Shown here: one piece after another, positions 37,989 through 47,917 of the stretch
Layout of the letters: every line of letters begins with the position of its first letter
Numbering within the stretch: the first letter of the stretch is position 1
DNA from: Rhodoluna sp.
Lineage (GTDB): Bacteria > Actinomycetota > Actinomycetes > Actinomycetales > Microbacteriaceae
Assembly (NCBI GenBank): GCA_030832065.1
Contig: JAURJV010000058.1
Location: 6,697-70,696 of the forward strand
Direction: 5' to 3'
DNA length: 64,000 nt
Program-made: the position numbers and the translations under genes
Notes under the pieces: generated by a model
The model's input: the letters and a program-made list of their open reading frames with translations, nothing else
Database searches by the model: none
What the model was told of the DNA's origin: nothing

Positions 37989-39455
37989 ATGTTTGGCAAT
38001 CTATCCGATCGTTTAGTTGAAACGTTCAAGAACCTTAGAAGTAAGGGAAAGCTAACTGAAGCCGACATTGATGGCACACTCCGGGAAATCCGTCGAGCAC
38101 TGCTAGAGGCAGATGTTGCCTTAGAAGTAGTCAAGAGTTTTATCGCCGCCATTCGTGAGCGAGCGCTAGGTGATGAAGTTTCTAAAGCACTGAACCCAGC
38201 TCAGCAGGTGGTTCAGATTGTTCAGGAAGAGTTAGTCAACATCCTCGGTGGTGCGCAGCGCAAACTGCAGTTTGCTAAGAACCCACCAACCGTAATCATG
38301 TTGGCCGGTTTACAGGGTTCTGGTAAAACTACCCTTGCCGGCAAGTTAGCCAAGTGGCTCAAGGACCAGGGTCAAACACCACTGTTGGTTGCAGCCGATC
38401 TGCAGCGACCTAACGCGGTTAACCAATTACAGGTTGTCGGTGAACGGGTCGGTGTTCCGGTATTTGCTCCTGAAGCAGGCAATGGTTCTGGCAACCCGGT
38501 AAGTGTTGCCAAGGATTCAATCAAGGAAGCAACTAAAAAACAGTTCTCAGTAGTAATTGTGGACACCGCTGGTCGTTTAGGTATCGACGAAGAGTTGATG
38601 AAGCAGGCTAGGGATATCGCTAAGGCTGTTGATCCTGACGAGACACTGTTTGTTATTGACTCGATGATTGGTCAGGATGCTGCCAATGTTGCTAAAGCTT
38701 TTGAAGAAGGGGTAGGCATAACCGGAGTCGTCCTAACCAAGCTTGATGGTGATTCACGCGGTGGTGCAGCGCTATCGGTAGCTAAGGTCACCGGCAAGCC
38801 AATTATCTTTGCCTCAACCGGTGAAGCCATGGATGCCTTTGAGCCGTTCTATCCAGATCGCATGGCAAGTCGCATCTTGGACATGGGAGACATCCTCACA
38901 CTTATTGAGCAGACCCAGAAAGCCTTCGATGAGGAGCGGGCTTCTGTATTGGCTGAGAAGATGGCTAAGGATGCCTTCACCCTTGAGGATTTCTTGGAAC
39001 AGATGAATCAACTAAAGAAGATGGGTTCAATCAAGTCCATGCTCGGCATGATTCCAGGGGCCAACAAGCTTAAAGGCCAGTTAGAGAACTTCGATGAACA
39101 AGAGATAACCAGAACCGAAGCCATCATCCAGTCGATGACTCCAGCTGAACGTAAAGACCCAAAGATCCTCAATGGCTCTAGAAGACTTCGGATTGCTAAA
39201 GGTTCAGGGATGACCGTCACCGATGTCAATGGGCTGGTCAACCGCTTTGAGCAGGCTGCCAAGATGATGAAGACCATGTCTAGGGGAGGTAATCCAGGAA
39301 TCCCTGGAATGCCAATGATGGGTGCTGGTCCGTCAAAGCAAAAGGCCCAGCCTAAGAAGAAATCAAAAAGTGGCAATCCAGCTAAACGGGCAGCAGAGGA
39401 ACAAGGTTTGACTTTACCTAAACCTGACTCTGGTTCAGCTTTTGGATTGAACTAA
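37989..39455 (+). CDS. ffh: Signal recognition particle protein Ffh
   Basis: ALLEADV, GLQGSGKTT, DTAGR, M domain. Confidence 0.97.
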   Translation: MFGNLSDRLVETFKNLRSKGKLTEADIDGTLREIRRALLEADVALEVVKSFIAAIRERALGDEVSKALNPAQQVVQIVQEELVNILGGAQRKLQFAKNPPTVIMLAGLQGSGKTTLAGKLAKWLKDQGQTPLLVAADLQRPNAVNQLQVVGERVGVPVFAPEAGNGSGNPVSVAKDSIKEATKKQFSVVIVDTAGRLGIDEELMKQARDIAKAVDPDETLFVIDSMIGQDAANVAKAFEEGVGITGVVLTKLDGDSRGGAALSVAKVTGKPIIFASTGEAMDAFEPFYPDRMASRILDMGDILTLIEQTQKAFDEERASVLAEKMAKDAFTLEDFLEQMNQLKKMGSIKSMLGMIPGANKLKGQLENFDEQEITRTEAIIQSMTPAERKDPKILNGSRRLRIAKGSGMTVTDVNGLVNRFEQAAKMMKTMSRGGNPGIPGMPMMGAGPSKQKAQPKKKSKSGNPAKRAAEEQGLTLPKPDSGSAFGLN

Positions 39456-39460
39456 CCTAA

Positions 39461-41248
39461 CTATCTTTCAGTTAGATATAGCGGCAATACGTTGGTTATG
39501 GCTGCTGCCAGTGGCCTAATCTCGATGATGTGTGTGGTGCCGCTGGAACAGGCGGTATCTGAACTAGCGGAAACGGTGAGCCGAAGGTATCTAGAAGAGG
39601 CAGCTACCAGAGCTTCCGAAGCCGAGATGGAATAGCTAGCACTGAATCCACTCGAAGAATTAGCAAGATCGGTAAATTGCAAGTTACTGGAAATTTGATT
39701 ACCAGAAGAGTCGGACTCAACCAGGCAGATTGCCGCGACTACATCTCCGACTAGGGGCATGCTGGGTAATTCAACTGAGCTGGCTTTCGGGTAAACCAGC
39801 AATATCTCTGGTGCTGCAGCATCAACCGATGTAGCTGGGTTATCCAGCCACCTGCCAAAGATGTTTAAGTCCCAGGTTGTGTAGGTTGAGGCGGAAACTA
39901 CATCGCCAGGTCCACCGACCCGAATAAGTTGCGTGTAGGTGCGATCGTAGGAATACCAGCCTTCTAAATACTGGTTGGCCCGTTCAGGAGCCGGCAGGGT
40001 AAAGTCGCCCAAGTTTGTGATCGAAGGGTAGGTAACAGTGTCCCAGTCGACAAAGTCCCAGGCATTTGAGGCATTAGCATCTGGGTTTGTCAGGTTGTAA
40101 AAGGAGAACTGAGATTGCCACTGTGCATACAGCGTTTGATTTACTGTGAATGGATAGAGCGACCCGAAGTCGTAAGAATCTCCGGTTCCGTCCGGTTCGG
40201 TATTCCAACCGGTTTGCCAAGTTGCATAGGAGTCATTGAGGGTATAGATGCAGCGAGAGGGATCATAGTAATCCATACAACTCGATTGCAAGTAGCCCGC
40301 TTGACTGTCGACTGAATATTGTCTGGGTAAAGCACCGGTGCCACCATTTGGGTCAAAGTCAACGTAGTTCGGTTCGTACAGTTCTCTTTGAAGCACCAAG
40401 CGATTAGGGATGCCGGCAGCTCTGATACCGGTTGCAGTTGAAGTTGTGAAGTTATCGAATTCAAAACCATTACCGGGGGCAATTAGGTTAACTCGATCAA
40501 AAGTTACTCCATCAGCTGCTATGAAGTGAATATAGACAAAAGGTTCTTGCGCAAGCGTGTAATGACTCTGATAAGAATTGTCAGCATCCTGATCTGCAAA
40601 GTCTGATGGGCTTCCTACCGTGTACCAGTCAACTGGATTTCCGATGTATAACCTGGTGGCATATGATGCCCCACTCTGAGCGGTGATTGTCCCGGAGGAA
40701 AACAAAGTGCTGGCGACGTCATTCGCGGAAGTGTTCGCAACTAACTGTGTTCCGTTGAAAAGTTGGATTTCATTTCCAGTTGAACCAGCAGACCACCAAA
40801 GTCCGAAGTAGGTTTGCGGAGTGTCAAAAACGATGGATGCGCCGCCACTGCCTACCTGACCATAATTTATTGGGTTCGCTGTTTGACCAGCAACCGGGGT
40901 GCTAGAGGTGGTGCTAGCTCCACCGAAATGGACATTTGTTTGGATATGGCAATCAGCGCTTGCTGAGTAAAGGGGCTCGATTGTTGCACCATTGAAAGAG
41001 CAGGTGCTTCCAAAGGTCTGGTCATTGAAAGTTGTAACCACGCTATCCGCGGAAAAGTCTTCAGCCACATACGAACCCTGAACAAATGGCTGATCCAAAT
41101 ACATACCTACGGTGGGCTGGGGGTCAGTTGCGCCGGCTTTAGGAGCAGTTATGGGTATTACTAGGAGACTCAGCACCCCTAGGAATGACATGACCCTTCC
41201 TCTGGATTTGGGCCTAAGGCGGTTAGATCGGTCCCTTAGAGAAGACAT
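39461..41248 (-). CDS. Secreted/surface protein with InlB B-repeat (Listeria-Bacteroides repeat)-like domains
   Basis: Likely start ATG 41248 (basic N-region, hydrophobic core, AGA cleavage). N-terminal beta domain (YFGLWWSAG...FEFDNF); repeats FDPNGGTG...GWNTEPDGTG...TLYAQW and LEGWY...IFGRW. The ORF track extends to 41443. Confidence 0.75.
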   Translation of the reverse strand: MSSLRDRSNRLRPKSRGRVMSFLGVLSLLVIPITAPKAGATDPQPTVGMYLDQPFVQGSYVAEDFSADSVVTTFNDQTFGSTCSFNGATIEPLYSASADCHIQTNVHFGGASTTSSTPVAGQTANPINYGQVGSGGASIVFDTPQTYFGLWWSAGSTGNEIQLFNGTQLVANTSANDVASTLFSSGTITAQSGASYATRLYIGNPVDWYTVGSPSDFADQDADNSYQSHYTLAQEPFVYIHFIAADGVTFDRVNLIAPGNGFEFDNFTTSTATGIRAAGIPNRLVLQRELYEPNYVDFDPNGGTGALPRQYSVDSQAGYLQSSCMDYYDPSRCIYTLNDSYATWQTGWNTEPDGTGDSYDFGSLYPFTVNQTLYAQWQSQFSFYNLTNPDANASNAWDFVDWDTVTYPSITNLGDFTLPAPERANQYLEGWYSYDRTYTQLIRVGGPGDVVSASTYTTWDLNIFGRWLDNPATSVDAAAPEILLVYPKASSVELPSMPLVGDVVAAICLVESDSSGNQISSNLQFTDLANSSSGFSASYSISASEALVAASSRYLRLTVSASSDTACSSGTTHIIEIRPLAAAITNVLPLYLTER

Positions 41249-41409
41249 AACACCACCCGAATCAGCTTTTTGAGGCGAAATCGCCATAAACGTCAGATTT
41301 ATTGTACATTGTAAAATCAAACTAATTGAGGAGGGTTTAGCCCTGCCAAGCCGATATCTAGCCGAGCTGGCTGTCGGAGGTTGCCCTGCCCCCTTATTTC
41401 TGGCAGAAT

Positions 41410-41535
41410 GAACAGGTTGCCCGAGGTTTGACCCTCTAAACAAACCAGGTCGGCAACCCCATTAGAGCAAGACTACCGAGTGTGCCCCCACGCTCACGGT
41501 TGATCGTTCGCCCCAATACATAAAACAGGAGCATT
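41410..41535 (+). promoter_or_regulatory. Structured rpsP 5' leader
   Basis: Hairpin ggttgcc..ggtttg-accctctaaa-caaacc..ggcaacc (41415-41458) and hairpin gagtgtg-cccc-cacgctc (41478-41495), before the AGGAG SD. Confidence 0.5.
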
Positions 41536-42108
41536 GTGGCTGTAAAAATCCGCCTAAAGCGTCTCGGAAAACTAAAGACGCCTCACTACCGTATCGTCGT
41601 TGCTGACTCACGCACCAAGCGTGATGGCCGTGTAATCGAAGAGATCGGTCGTTACGTACCAACCACTGAACCATCAATCATTGAAGTTAACTCAGAGCGT
41701 GCTCTTTACTGGCTAGGTGTTGGCGCTCAGCCAACCGAGCAGGTAGCAGCTTTGTTGAAGCTAACCGGTGACTTCCAGAAGTCAAAGGGTGAAGCATCAG
41801 CTAAGAACACTGTTAAGCCTCAGGTAGCTAAGGAAGCTTTCGTAGCTGACACCAAGAAGAAGCCTGTGCTTAAGCCTCGCGAAGAGATCGTTGTTAAGAA
41901 AGAAGCAGACAAGGTTGCTGAAGAAGTAACTGAAGCTGTTGCTGAAGCCGCTGTTGTTGAAGCTGTTTTGGAAGAAGCAGTTGAGACTGCTGCTGAAGAA
42001 GTAGCTGCAGAAGCTGTTGTTGAAGTTGAGGTAGAAGCCGCGGCTGAAGAGACTCCTGCTGCTGAAGAAACTCCTGCTGCTGAAGAAGCTAAGACAGAAG
42101 AGGCTTAA
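41536..42108 (+). CDS. rpsP: 30S ribosomal protein S16 with long acidic Ala/Glu tail
   Basis: [12 protein letters not shown]...[14 protein letters not shown]; low-complexity AEE tail. Confidence 0.97.
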   Translation: MAVKIRLKRLGKLKTPHYRIVVADSRTKRDGRVIEEIGRYVPTTEPSIIEVNSERALYWLGVGAQPTEQVAALLKLTGDFQKSKGEASAKNTVKPQVAKEAFVADTKKKPVLKPREEIVVKKEADKVAEEVTEAVAEAAVVEAVLEEAVETAAEEVAAEAVVEVEVEAAAEETPAAEETPAAEEAKTEEA

Positions 42109-42111
42109 ATC

Positions 42112-42348
42112 GTGCTTGCCGCTGCGCTCGAACACTTGGTCAAAGGAATCGTAGATCACCCTGAGGACGCCACTGTTACCGAAAGGTCAACTAACCGTGG
42201 TGAGCTTCTAGAGATTCACGTTCACCCAGATGACCTTGGTCGAGTGATCGGGCGCAAAGGCCGCACAGCCAAAGCTCTACGCACCGTAATCAATGCTCTT
42301 GCCGATGGCAAGAAGGTTCGTGTAGACGTAGTCGACGGTGACTTCTAA
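42112..42348 (+). CDS. khpA: KH-domain RNA-binding protein KhpA
   Basis: DLGRVIGRKGRTAKALR; between rpsP and rimM. Confidence 0.93.
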   Translation: MLAAALEHLVKGIVDHPEDATVTERSTNRGELLEIHVHPDDLGRVIGRKGRTAKALRTVINALADGKKVRVDVVDGDF

Positions 42349-42883
42349 TTCGACCAGCCTTAGGGTCGGTCGGTTACTAAAGGCCCACGGCCTTAAAGGC
42401 GCTATCAAATTAGAGCTCTACACTGATTCGCCGAATGAACGTTTTGTCCCTGGAGCAACTTTCTCCCTTCAGGTTCCTGAAGAATCACCGTGGTTTGGCA
42501 AAACCGTAACGGTCAAAGAACTCCGCTGGTATAACAATCAGCCGGTCTTATTCCTTGAAGGAATTGAAGATCGAACTCAAGCGGAAACTCTTATCAAAGC
42601 CATCATGCTGGTCCAGCAGGATCTCAATGAAACCCCAACCGAACCTGATGCCTGGTATGACCAGCAGCTGGTGGGGCTCAAGGTGTTTAGAGAAAAACTG
42701 GAAATTGGAACTGTTGCCAGGGTTGAACACATGCCCGCTCAGGACCTCCTTGTTATCAACTACAAAGACACAGAAGTTATGGTGCCCTTTGTTAAGCAGA
42801 TTGTTCCTGAAGTGGACATTGCCAACGGGAAGCTAACTGTCACTCCACCGATGGGTTTGTTTGAAGAGGTAGCGGAGGAATAA
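42338..42883 (+). CDS. rimM: Ribosome maturation factor RimM
   Basis: [23 protein letters not shown]. Confidence 0.95.
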   Translation: MTSNSTSLRVGRLLKAHGLKGAIKLELYTDSPNERFVPGATFSLQVPEESPWFGKTVTVKELRWYNNQPVLFLEGIEDRTQAETLIKAIMLVQQDLNETPTEPDAWYDQQLVGLKVFREKLEIGTVARVEHMPAQDLLVINYKDTEVMVPFVKQIVPEVDIANGKLTVTPPMGLFEEVAEE

Positions 42884-43566
42884 TGCGCATTGAGGCAGTA
42901 ACTATTTTTCCCGAGTTCTTCGATGTCTTAGACATCTCCCTGCTTGGTAAAGCCAGAGAGAATAACGTCATTGATTTCAAAGCAGTAAATTTGAGAGATT
43001 ACACCCACGATAAACATAAGACCGTGGATGATTCTCCTTACGGTGGTGGCGCGGGAATGCTGATGAAGCCTGAGCCATGGGGTGAGGCTCTAGATGAATT
43101 GCTGAACCCTGATGGTTCAACAGTTTTGATTATTCCTTCACCTGCCGGTGAGCTGTTCAAGCAGGCAACGGCTCAAGAGTTGGCTAAAGAAGAGCATTTG
43201 GTATTTGCCTGTGGCAGGTATGAGGGTATCGATCACAGAGTGTTTGAGTGGGCTAAAGATAAAGCAAAACTGAGGTTAGTAAGCCTCGGTGACTATGTCC
43301 TAAACGGTGGGGAAGTTGCAGCCTTAGCCATGATTGAGGCTATTGCTCGCCTAATTCCTGGGGTTATCGGTAATGCCGAGTCTTTGGTTGAGGAATCACA
43401 CAGCGAAGGCCTTTTGGAGTATCCAAGCTATACCAAGCCCGCCGAATGGCGTGGCTTAGAGGTTCCTGAAGTACTCAGAAGCGGTAATCACGCTGAGATC
43501 GCTAAGTGGCGTAAAGAGCAGTCTTTGGAGCGAACCAAGCAGGTTAGGCCAGACCTCCTAGATTAG
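42883..43566 (+). CDS. trmD: tRNA (guanine-N1)-methyltransferase
   Basis: [30 protein letters not shown]. Confidence 0.97.
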   Translation: MRIEAVTIFPEFFDVLDISLLGKARENNVIDFKAVNLRDYTHDKHKTVDDSPYGGGAGMLMKPEPWGEALDELLNPDGSTVLIIPSPAGELFKQATAQELAKEEHLVFACGRYEGIDHRVFEWAKDKAKLRLVSLGDYVLNGGEVAALAMIEAIARLIPGVIGNAESLVEESHSEGLLEYPSYTKPAEWRGLEVPEVLRSGNHAEIAKWRKEQSLERTKQVRPDLLD

Positions 43567-43599
43567 CTTTGCTAAATGGGGGTTTGGTGTGGCAAGATA

Positions 43600-43699
43600 G
43601 ACAGGTTGCCGAAAAATAGCTCTGCCGCAGGGGAGCGAAGCAACAAAAAACAAAACTAATACCCGTTATTGACCTGCGTGCAAGACAGAAGGCAGAAAA
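43600..43699 (+). promoter_or_regulatory. Structured rplS 5' leader
   Basis: gttgc/gcaac outer stem and gctc/gagc inner stem; loop cgcagg is complementary to cctgcg at 43673-43678. Confidence 0.5.
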
Positions 43700-44059
43700 A
43701 TGCAGACTCTAGATTCAGTCGACAAAGCAAACCTAAAATCAGACATTCCTGAATTCCGCGTTGGTGACAACGTGAAGGTTCACGTAAACATCGTTGAAGG
43801 TAACCGCAGCCGTATCCAGGTATTCCAGGGAGTCGTAATCCGTCGCTCAGGTGCCGGTGTTCGCGAGACATTCACCGTTCGTAAGGTTTCCTTCCAGGTT
43901 GGCGTTGAGAGAACTTTCCCAGTGCACTCCCCAGTGATCGACAAGATTGAACTTGTCTCTAAGGGTGCCGTTCGCCGTGCGAAGCTTTACTACCTGCGTG
44001 AACTGCGCGGTAAGAAAGCCAAGATTCGCGAGAAGCGCGACAACCAGGCTCAAGACTAA
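43700..44059 (+). CDS. rplS: 50S ribosomal protein L19
   Basis: [37 protein letters not shown]. Confidence 0.98.
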   Translation: MQTLDSVDKANLKSDIPEFRVGDNVKVHVNIVEGNRSRIQVFQGVVIRRSGAGVRETFTVRKVSFQVGVERTFPVHSPVIDKIELVSKGAVRRAKLYYLRELRGKKAKIREKRDNQAQD

Positions 44060-44102
44060 GTCCTTTCAGCCAGTTTTCAGGCAGAGGGTTTAGCCTTTCA
44101 CC

Positions 44103-44864
44103 ATGGCAAAAAAAGAGAAAGCCGAAAAGGCACCCAGGGGTCCGTTCAAGGAATCTCGCTTAAAGCTTCGGGAACTCAAGAAGAAAAACTCCTTTCTTGC
44201 TTTAGCCATTGACACGGTTACCATCCTGGTTTCCGCGCTAATCATCTCTTTTGTCATAAAGACTTTCCTGTTCCGGTCTTTCTACATTCCTTCCGGTTCA
44301 ATGTTCAACACATTGCAGATTAATGACCGCATCATCGTTAACGAACTTGTTCCAAATGTAATTCCGCTTAATCGTGGTGATGTGGTTGTTTTCAAAGACC
44401 CTGGCGGTTGGCTAGGAACTCTACCTCCTAAAGACCCAGGACACCCACTGCAGCAGATCGGTGACTGGTTGCTTTCTGTAACCGGGCTTTCTTCGCCCGA
44501 CAACGATCAGCACTTGGTCAAGCGTGTTATCGGTATCGGTGGCGATCACATCGTTTGCTGTGATGCCAACAACCGCATCACCGTTAATGGAACTGCCATC
44601 ATCGAGCCATACATCGCCAACGGAGCTAACCCTTCGGACACCGAGTTTGATGTTGTTGTTCCAAGCAACTCGTTCTGGGTGATGGGCGATAACCGCAGCA
44701 ACTCAGAGGATTCCAGATACCACCCGAATACACCGGGCCGTGGCTTTGTAGCTAAAGAATATGTGGTTGGCAGAGCCTTTGTTGTTTCGTGGCCGTTCAG
44801 CCACTTCGCCTGGCTAGATAATTATCCGAATGTCTTCAAAAACGTCCCCGACCCCAAGCCTTGA
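44103..44864 (+). CDS. lepB: Signal peptidase I
   Basis: IPSGSM (Ser), LVKRVIG (Lys), MGDNRSNSEDSR. Confidence 0.96.
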   Translation: MAKKEKAEKAPRGPFKESRLKLRELKKKNSFLALAIDTVTILVSALIISFVIKTFLFRSFYIPSGSMFNTLQINDRIIVNELVPNVIPLNRGDVVVFKDPGGWLGTLPPKDPGHPLQQIGDWLLSVTGLSSPDNDQHLVKRVIGIGGDHIVCCDANNRITVNGTAIIEPYIANGANPSDTEFDVVVPSNSFWVMGDNRSNSEDSRYHPNTPGRGFVAKEYVVGRAFVVSWPFSHFAWLDNYPNVFKNVPDPKP

Positions 44865-45483
44865 CTTTGAGTTGAGCTTTCAAGCCCAAGGTGTTCGTTA
44901 CATCATCGGCTTGGATGAGGTTGGCAGGGGTTGTATTGCAGGCGACGTTGCGGTTGGCGCAGTGCTTATCGAACTTGAAGAAGTCCCGGCTTGGCCCGCA
45001 AACCTCAAAGACAGCAAGCTACTAACTGAAAAAGCCAGGGTAGCGATCCTCCCAGAATTACAGTCTTGGGCTAAGTCACATTCAGTTGGTTTAGCAACTG
45101 TTGCCGAAATTGAGCAGCACGGCATCATCACTGCTCTATCGCTAGCTGCCGATAGGGCACTGCAGCAACTAAACACCGCCGGCATGCCAGCCGATCAAAT
45201 CATGGTCATCCTTGATGGTAATCAGGACTACCTGGGGATAGATAACTTCCAGGTGGTCACCAAGGTCAAGGCTGATCAGAGCTGTGTGAGTGTGGCGGCA
45301 GCTTCGGTAATCGCCAAAGTAACCAGGGATAACCTCATGCTGGAACTGGCTAAGCAGTATCCAGGCTACGGATTGGACAGCAACAAGGGCTACGCTTCAG
45401 CTGAACACCGCCAAGCCCTGCTAAAACTGGGAACAACACCGATCCACAGGATCAGTTGGCTAACCAAGATTCTTGAGGGGTAG
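44830..45483 (+). CDS. rnhB: Ribonuclease HII
   Basis: GLDEVGRG, DSKLL, VAAASVIAKVTRD, NKGY. Confidence 0.95.
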   Translation: MSSKTSPTPSLDFELSFQAQGVRYIIGLDEVGRGCIAGDVAVGAVLIELEEVPAWPANLKDSKLLTEKARVAILPELQSWAKSHSVGLATVAEIEQHGIITALSLAADRALQQLNTAGMPADQIMVILDGNQDYLGIDNFQVVTKVKADQSCVSVAAASVIAKVTRDNLMLELAKQYPGYGLDSNKGYASAEHRQALLKLGTTPIHRISWLTKILEG

Positions 45484-45495
45484 ACTACCTAGCAC

Positions 45496-45825
45496 ATGGA
45501 CGAGAACGAATTTGAAGACTACGACAGGGAAGCCGAACTTGCCCTGTTCCGTGAATACCGCAGCGTTGTTGATACTTTCCGCTACGTGATTGAAACTGAG
45601 CGCCGACTTTATCTTGCCAATGAAGTTGAGTTCAAGCGCATTGATGCTGACTCAGATTTCTACTTTGAACTAAACCTAACTGACGTCTGGGTTTGGGATA
45701 TCTACCGAACCGATCGCTTTGTTAAGAATGTAAGAGTTCTAACCTTTAAAGATGTCAACATCGAAGAGCTGACCGGTAAGGCTTATGACCTACCTAAAGA
45801 ACTAACTCTTGGAGACAAAGAGTAA
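45496..45825 (+). CDS. DUF2469 family protein
   Basis: ELALFREY, VIETERR, DVWVWDIYR, TFKDVNIEEL; the conserved actinobacterial gene after rnhB. Confidence 0.9.
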   Translation: MDENEFEDYDREAELALFREYRSVVDTFRYVIETERRLYLANEVEFKRIDADSDFYFELNLTDVWVWDIYRTDRFVKNVRVLTFKDVNIEELTGKAYDLPKELTLGDKE

Positions 45826-45885
45826 GTTTTCAACAGATTTAGTTTCAGCTAACTAAACCAAAGATATTTTCCCGATACTTTCTCA

Positions 45886-46998
45886 GTGCGAGAAATCTTT
45901 GCAACCTGGTCGGTAATTTGTGAGCCTGGCGACACTCTGGCTGGCTACCTGAGGAGAGTTTTAGGCAGTCAAGAAGCTTTAGCACTAATCAATAGCCAAG
46001 CAAAAGCCAAAGATGTAATCTCAATTCTTCCTGAAGATAAGTTTCGTTCCCCGCAGTTCCTCCAAACTCTAGATGAATCTCTAGAGTGTTGGCGCAGACG
46101 GCTAAAGCTAATCAGTATCCAGGAATCCATGAAGCAGATTGAAAAACTGGATGGAACACTAATAACCCCAGAAGATGAGTACTGGCCAGTTGCACTCAGT
46201 GATCTCGGCGATGGAGCACCAACAGCACTTTGGGTTTTAGGTGATGCGAAAGTTCTTGGGGAAACTGGTTTATCGGTTATCGGTTCACGTCTAGCCAGTG
46301 ATTACGGACTGGAATTGACCAGAAGCATGGTCAGATACTCAGTGAATCAGGATTGGGTAATTGTCTCAGGTGGTGCACTAGGTATCGATGCGATGGCAAG
46401 TGCTAGTGCGATTGAGAATTCGGGGAAGACCGTTGCGGTTATGGCAGGTGGTTTAGATCAGTTGTATCCCAAAGGAAACTATGAACTGTTTGAAAGAATC
46501 AGGTTGCAGGGTTGCTTGGTTTCAGAGGTAGCACCAGGAGTAAGCCCATCTAGGTGGCGGTTTCTGCAGCGCAATCGTTTGATTGCAGCATTAGGGCAGG
46601 CAACCTTGGTGGTTGAAGCAGGTTTTCGATCCGGCTCTATCAATACAGCAGGTCACGCCAATGAAATAGGCAGACCAGTCGGTGCGGTGCCAGGAAGGAT
46701 AGATTCGGTTCGATCAGCTGGATGTCACCGTCTTATTCGCGAAGGTAGAGCAGAACTAATCGCCACCCCGGGTCACCTTATGGAACTTATGGGAAACGCA
46801 GGTGAGTTAGATGAACCAATCAGTTCGCTGAGTGCCAATCAGAAACGAGCCATGGATGCTCTAGGTTTCGCTGCTCTCTCAGTAGAGCAGGTTGCAGTCA
46901 GCGCTGGGATGACCTTGCAGGAAACTGAACAGTCACTTCATTCACTGGTTAGTTCAAATTTGGTCCAGCAAACATCTCTCGGTTGGCGGAAACAATGA
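45886..46998 (+). CDS. dprA: DNA-processing protein DprA
   Basis: IGSR, VSGGALGID, RFLQRNRLIAAL, VVEAGFRSGS. Confidence 0.94.
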   Translation: MREIFATWSVICEPGDTLAGYLRRVLGSQEALALINSQAKAKDVISILPEDKFRSPQFLQTLDESLECWRRRLKLISIQESMKQIEKLDGTLITPEDEYWPVALSDLGDGAPTALWVLGDAKVLGETGLSVIGSRLASDYGLELTRSMVRYSVNQDWVIVSGGALGIDAMASASAIENSGKTVAVMAGGLDQLYPKGNYELFERIRLQGCLVSEVAPGVSPSRWRFLQRNRLIAALGQATLVVEAGFRSGSINTAGHANEIGRPVGAVPGRIDSVRSAGCHRLIREGRAELIATPGHLMELMGNAGELDEPISSLSANQKRAMDALGFAALSVEQVAVSAGMTLQETEQSLHSLVSSNLVQQTSLGWRKQ

Positions 46999-47011
46999 TT
47001 AGCCTTTACAT

Positions 47012-47917
47012 ATGCCTGCCGATTGGAATGAACTAACTAAGCGTTTCGCTGATAGTTTGACCAACCTGAAAGGTTATTCGAAGAACACCGTCAAGAGCTA
47101 TCTAATCGACGTGAAAGATCTCGGAGACTTTTTAGACCAACAAAAAGTGCAGTCAATCAAAGATCTTGACTTAGCGCTGCTCAGACAGTGGCTTTGGGAA
47201 GTTAGCCAGAGGGATGCGGCAAATAGCACGCTTGCAAGAAAGAGTGCTGCTATTCGTTCCTTCACCGCTTGGGCTTTAGCTGAAGGTCTCATCGAAGCAG
47301 ACCCAGGTCAACGACTTAAGTCACCGAAGGCCTCTAGACATCTGCCTAAAGTGGTTGCCAAAGCATCACTTGAGGACATTTTCACTCACCTGAAAACTCT
47401 GGCTGAATCTGGTGAACCTGCAGCTATTCGTGATCGTCTAGTTTTTGAGATGCTGTATGCCACAGGTTGTCGTGTTAGCGAATTGTGTGGCTTAAATATT
47501 CTTTCGGTAGATTTGGGAAGAAACATCATTCGAGTGATGGGTAAAGGTTCTAAGGAACGAGTGGTTCCATTTGGCCTACCAGCCAAAGATGCCTTGGATG
47601 CTTACCTTGCTATCCGATCTGGATTCAAACCTGCTAGCGGTGAGACAGCACTGCTTCTGAACTCAAAGGGCAAACGACTTGGAGTCCGAGCTGTTTACCA
47701 ACTGGTTGCTGGGCTATTAGCCGAAACCCCAACCGGAGCCTCAGGACCACACACGCTTCGGCACACAGCAGCCACCCACCTACTTGATGGTGGAGCAGAT
47801 CTTCGAGCAGTTCAAGAACTTTTAGGTCACGCCAGTTTGGGCACCACACAGATCTATACCCACGTATCGGTTGAACGTCTGCGTGAAGGCTATAAGAACG
47901 CTCATCCAAGAGCTTAG
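47012..47917 (+). CDS. xerC: Tyrosine recombinase XerC
   Basis: GCRVSE, GKGSKER, HTLRH, LGH, TQIY catalytic residues; dprA-xerC context. Confidence 0.93.
   Translation: MPADWNELTKRFADSLTNLKGYSKNTVKSYLIDVKDLGDFLDQQKVQSIKDLDLALLRQWLWEVSQRDAANSTLARKSAAIRSFTAWALAEGLIEADPGQRLKSPKASRHLPKVVAKASLEDIFTHLKTLAESGEPAAIRDRLVFEMLYATGCRVSELCGLNILSVDLGRNIIRVMGKGSKERVVPFGLPAKDALDAYLAIRSGFKPASGETALLLNSKGKRLGVRAVYQLVAGLLAETPTGASGPHTLRHTAATHLLDGGADLRAVQELLGHASLGTTQIYTHVSVERLREGYKNAHPRA

Noticed and set aside
41249-41400. SRP RNA or another ncRNA near ffh
   Set aside because: No recognisable SRP domain IV motif; the region looks like divergent promoter sequence.
47012-47917. Tyrosine recombinase as a mobile-element integrase
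   Set aside because: It sits in the conserved dprA-xerC-M23-rpsB context with no att sites or cargo, so it is housekeeping XerC.
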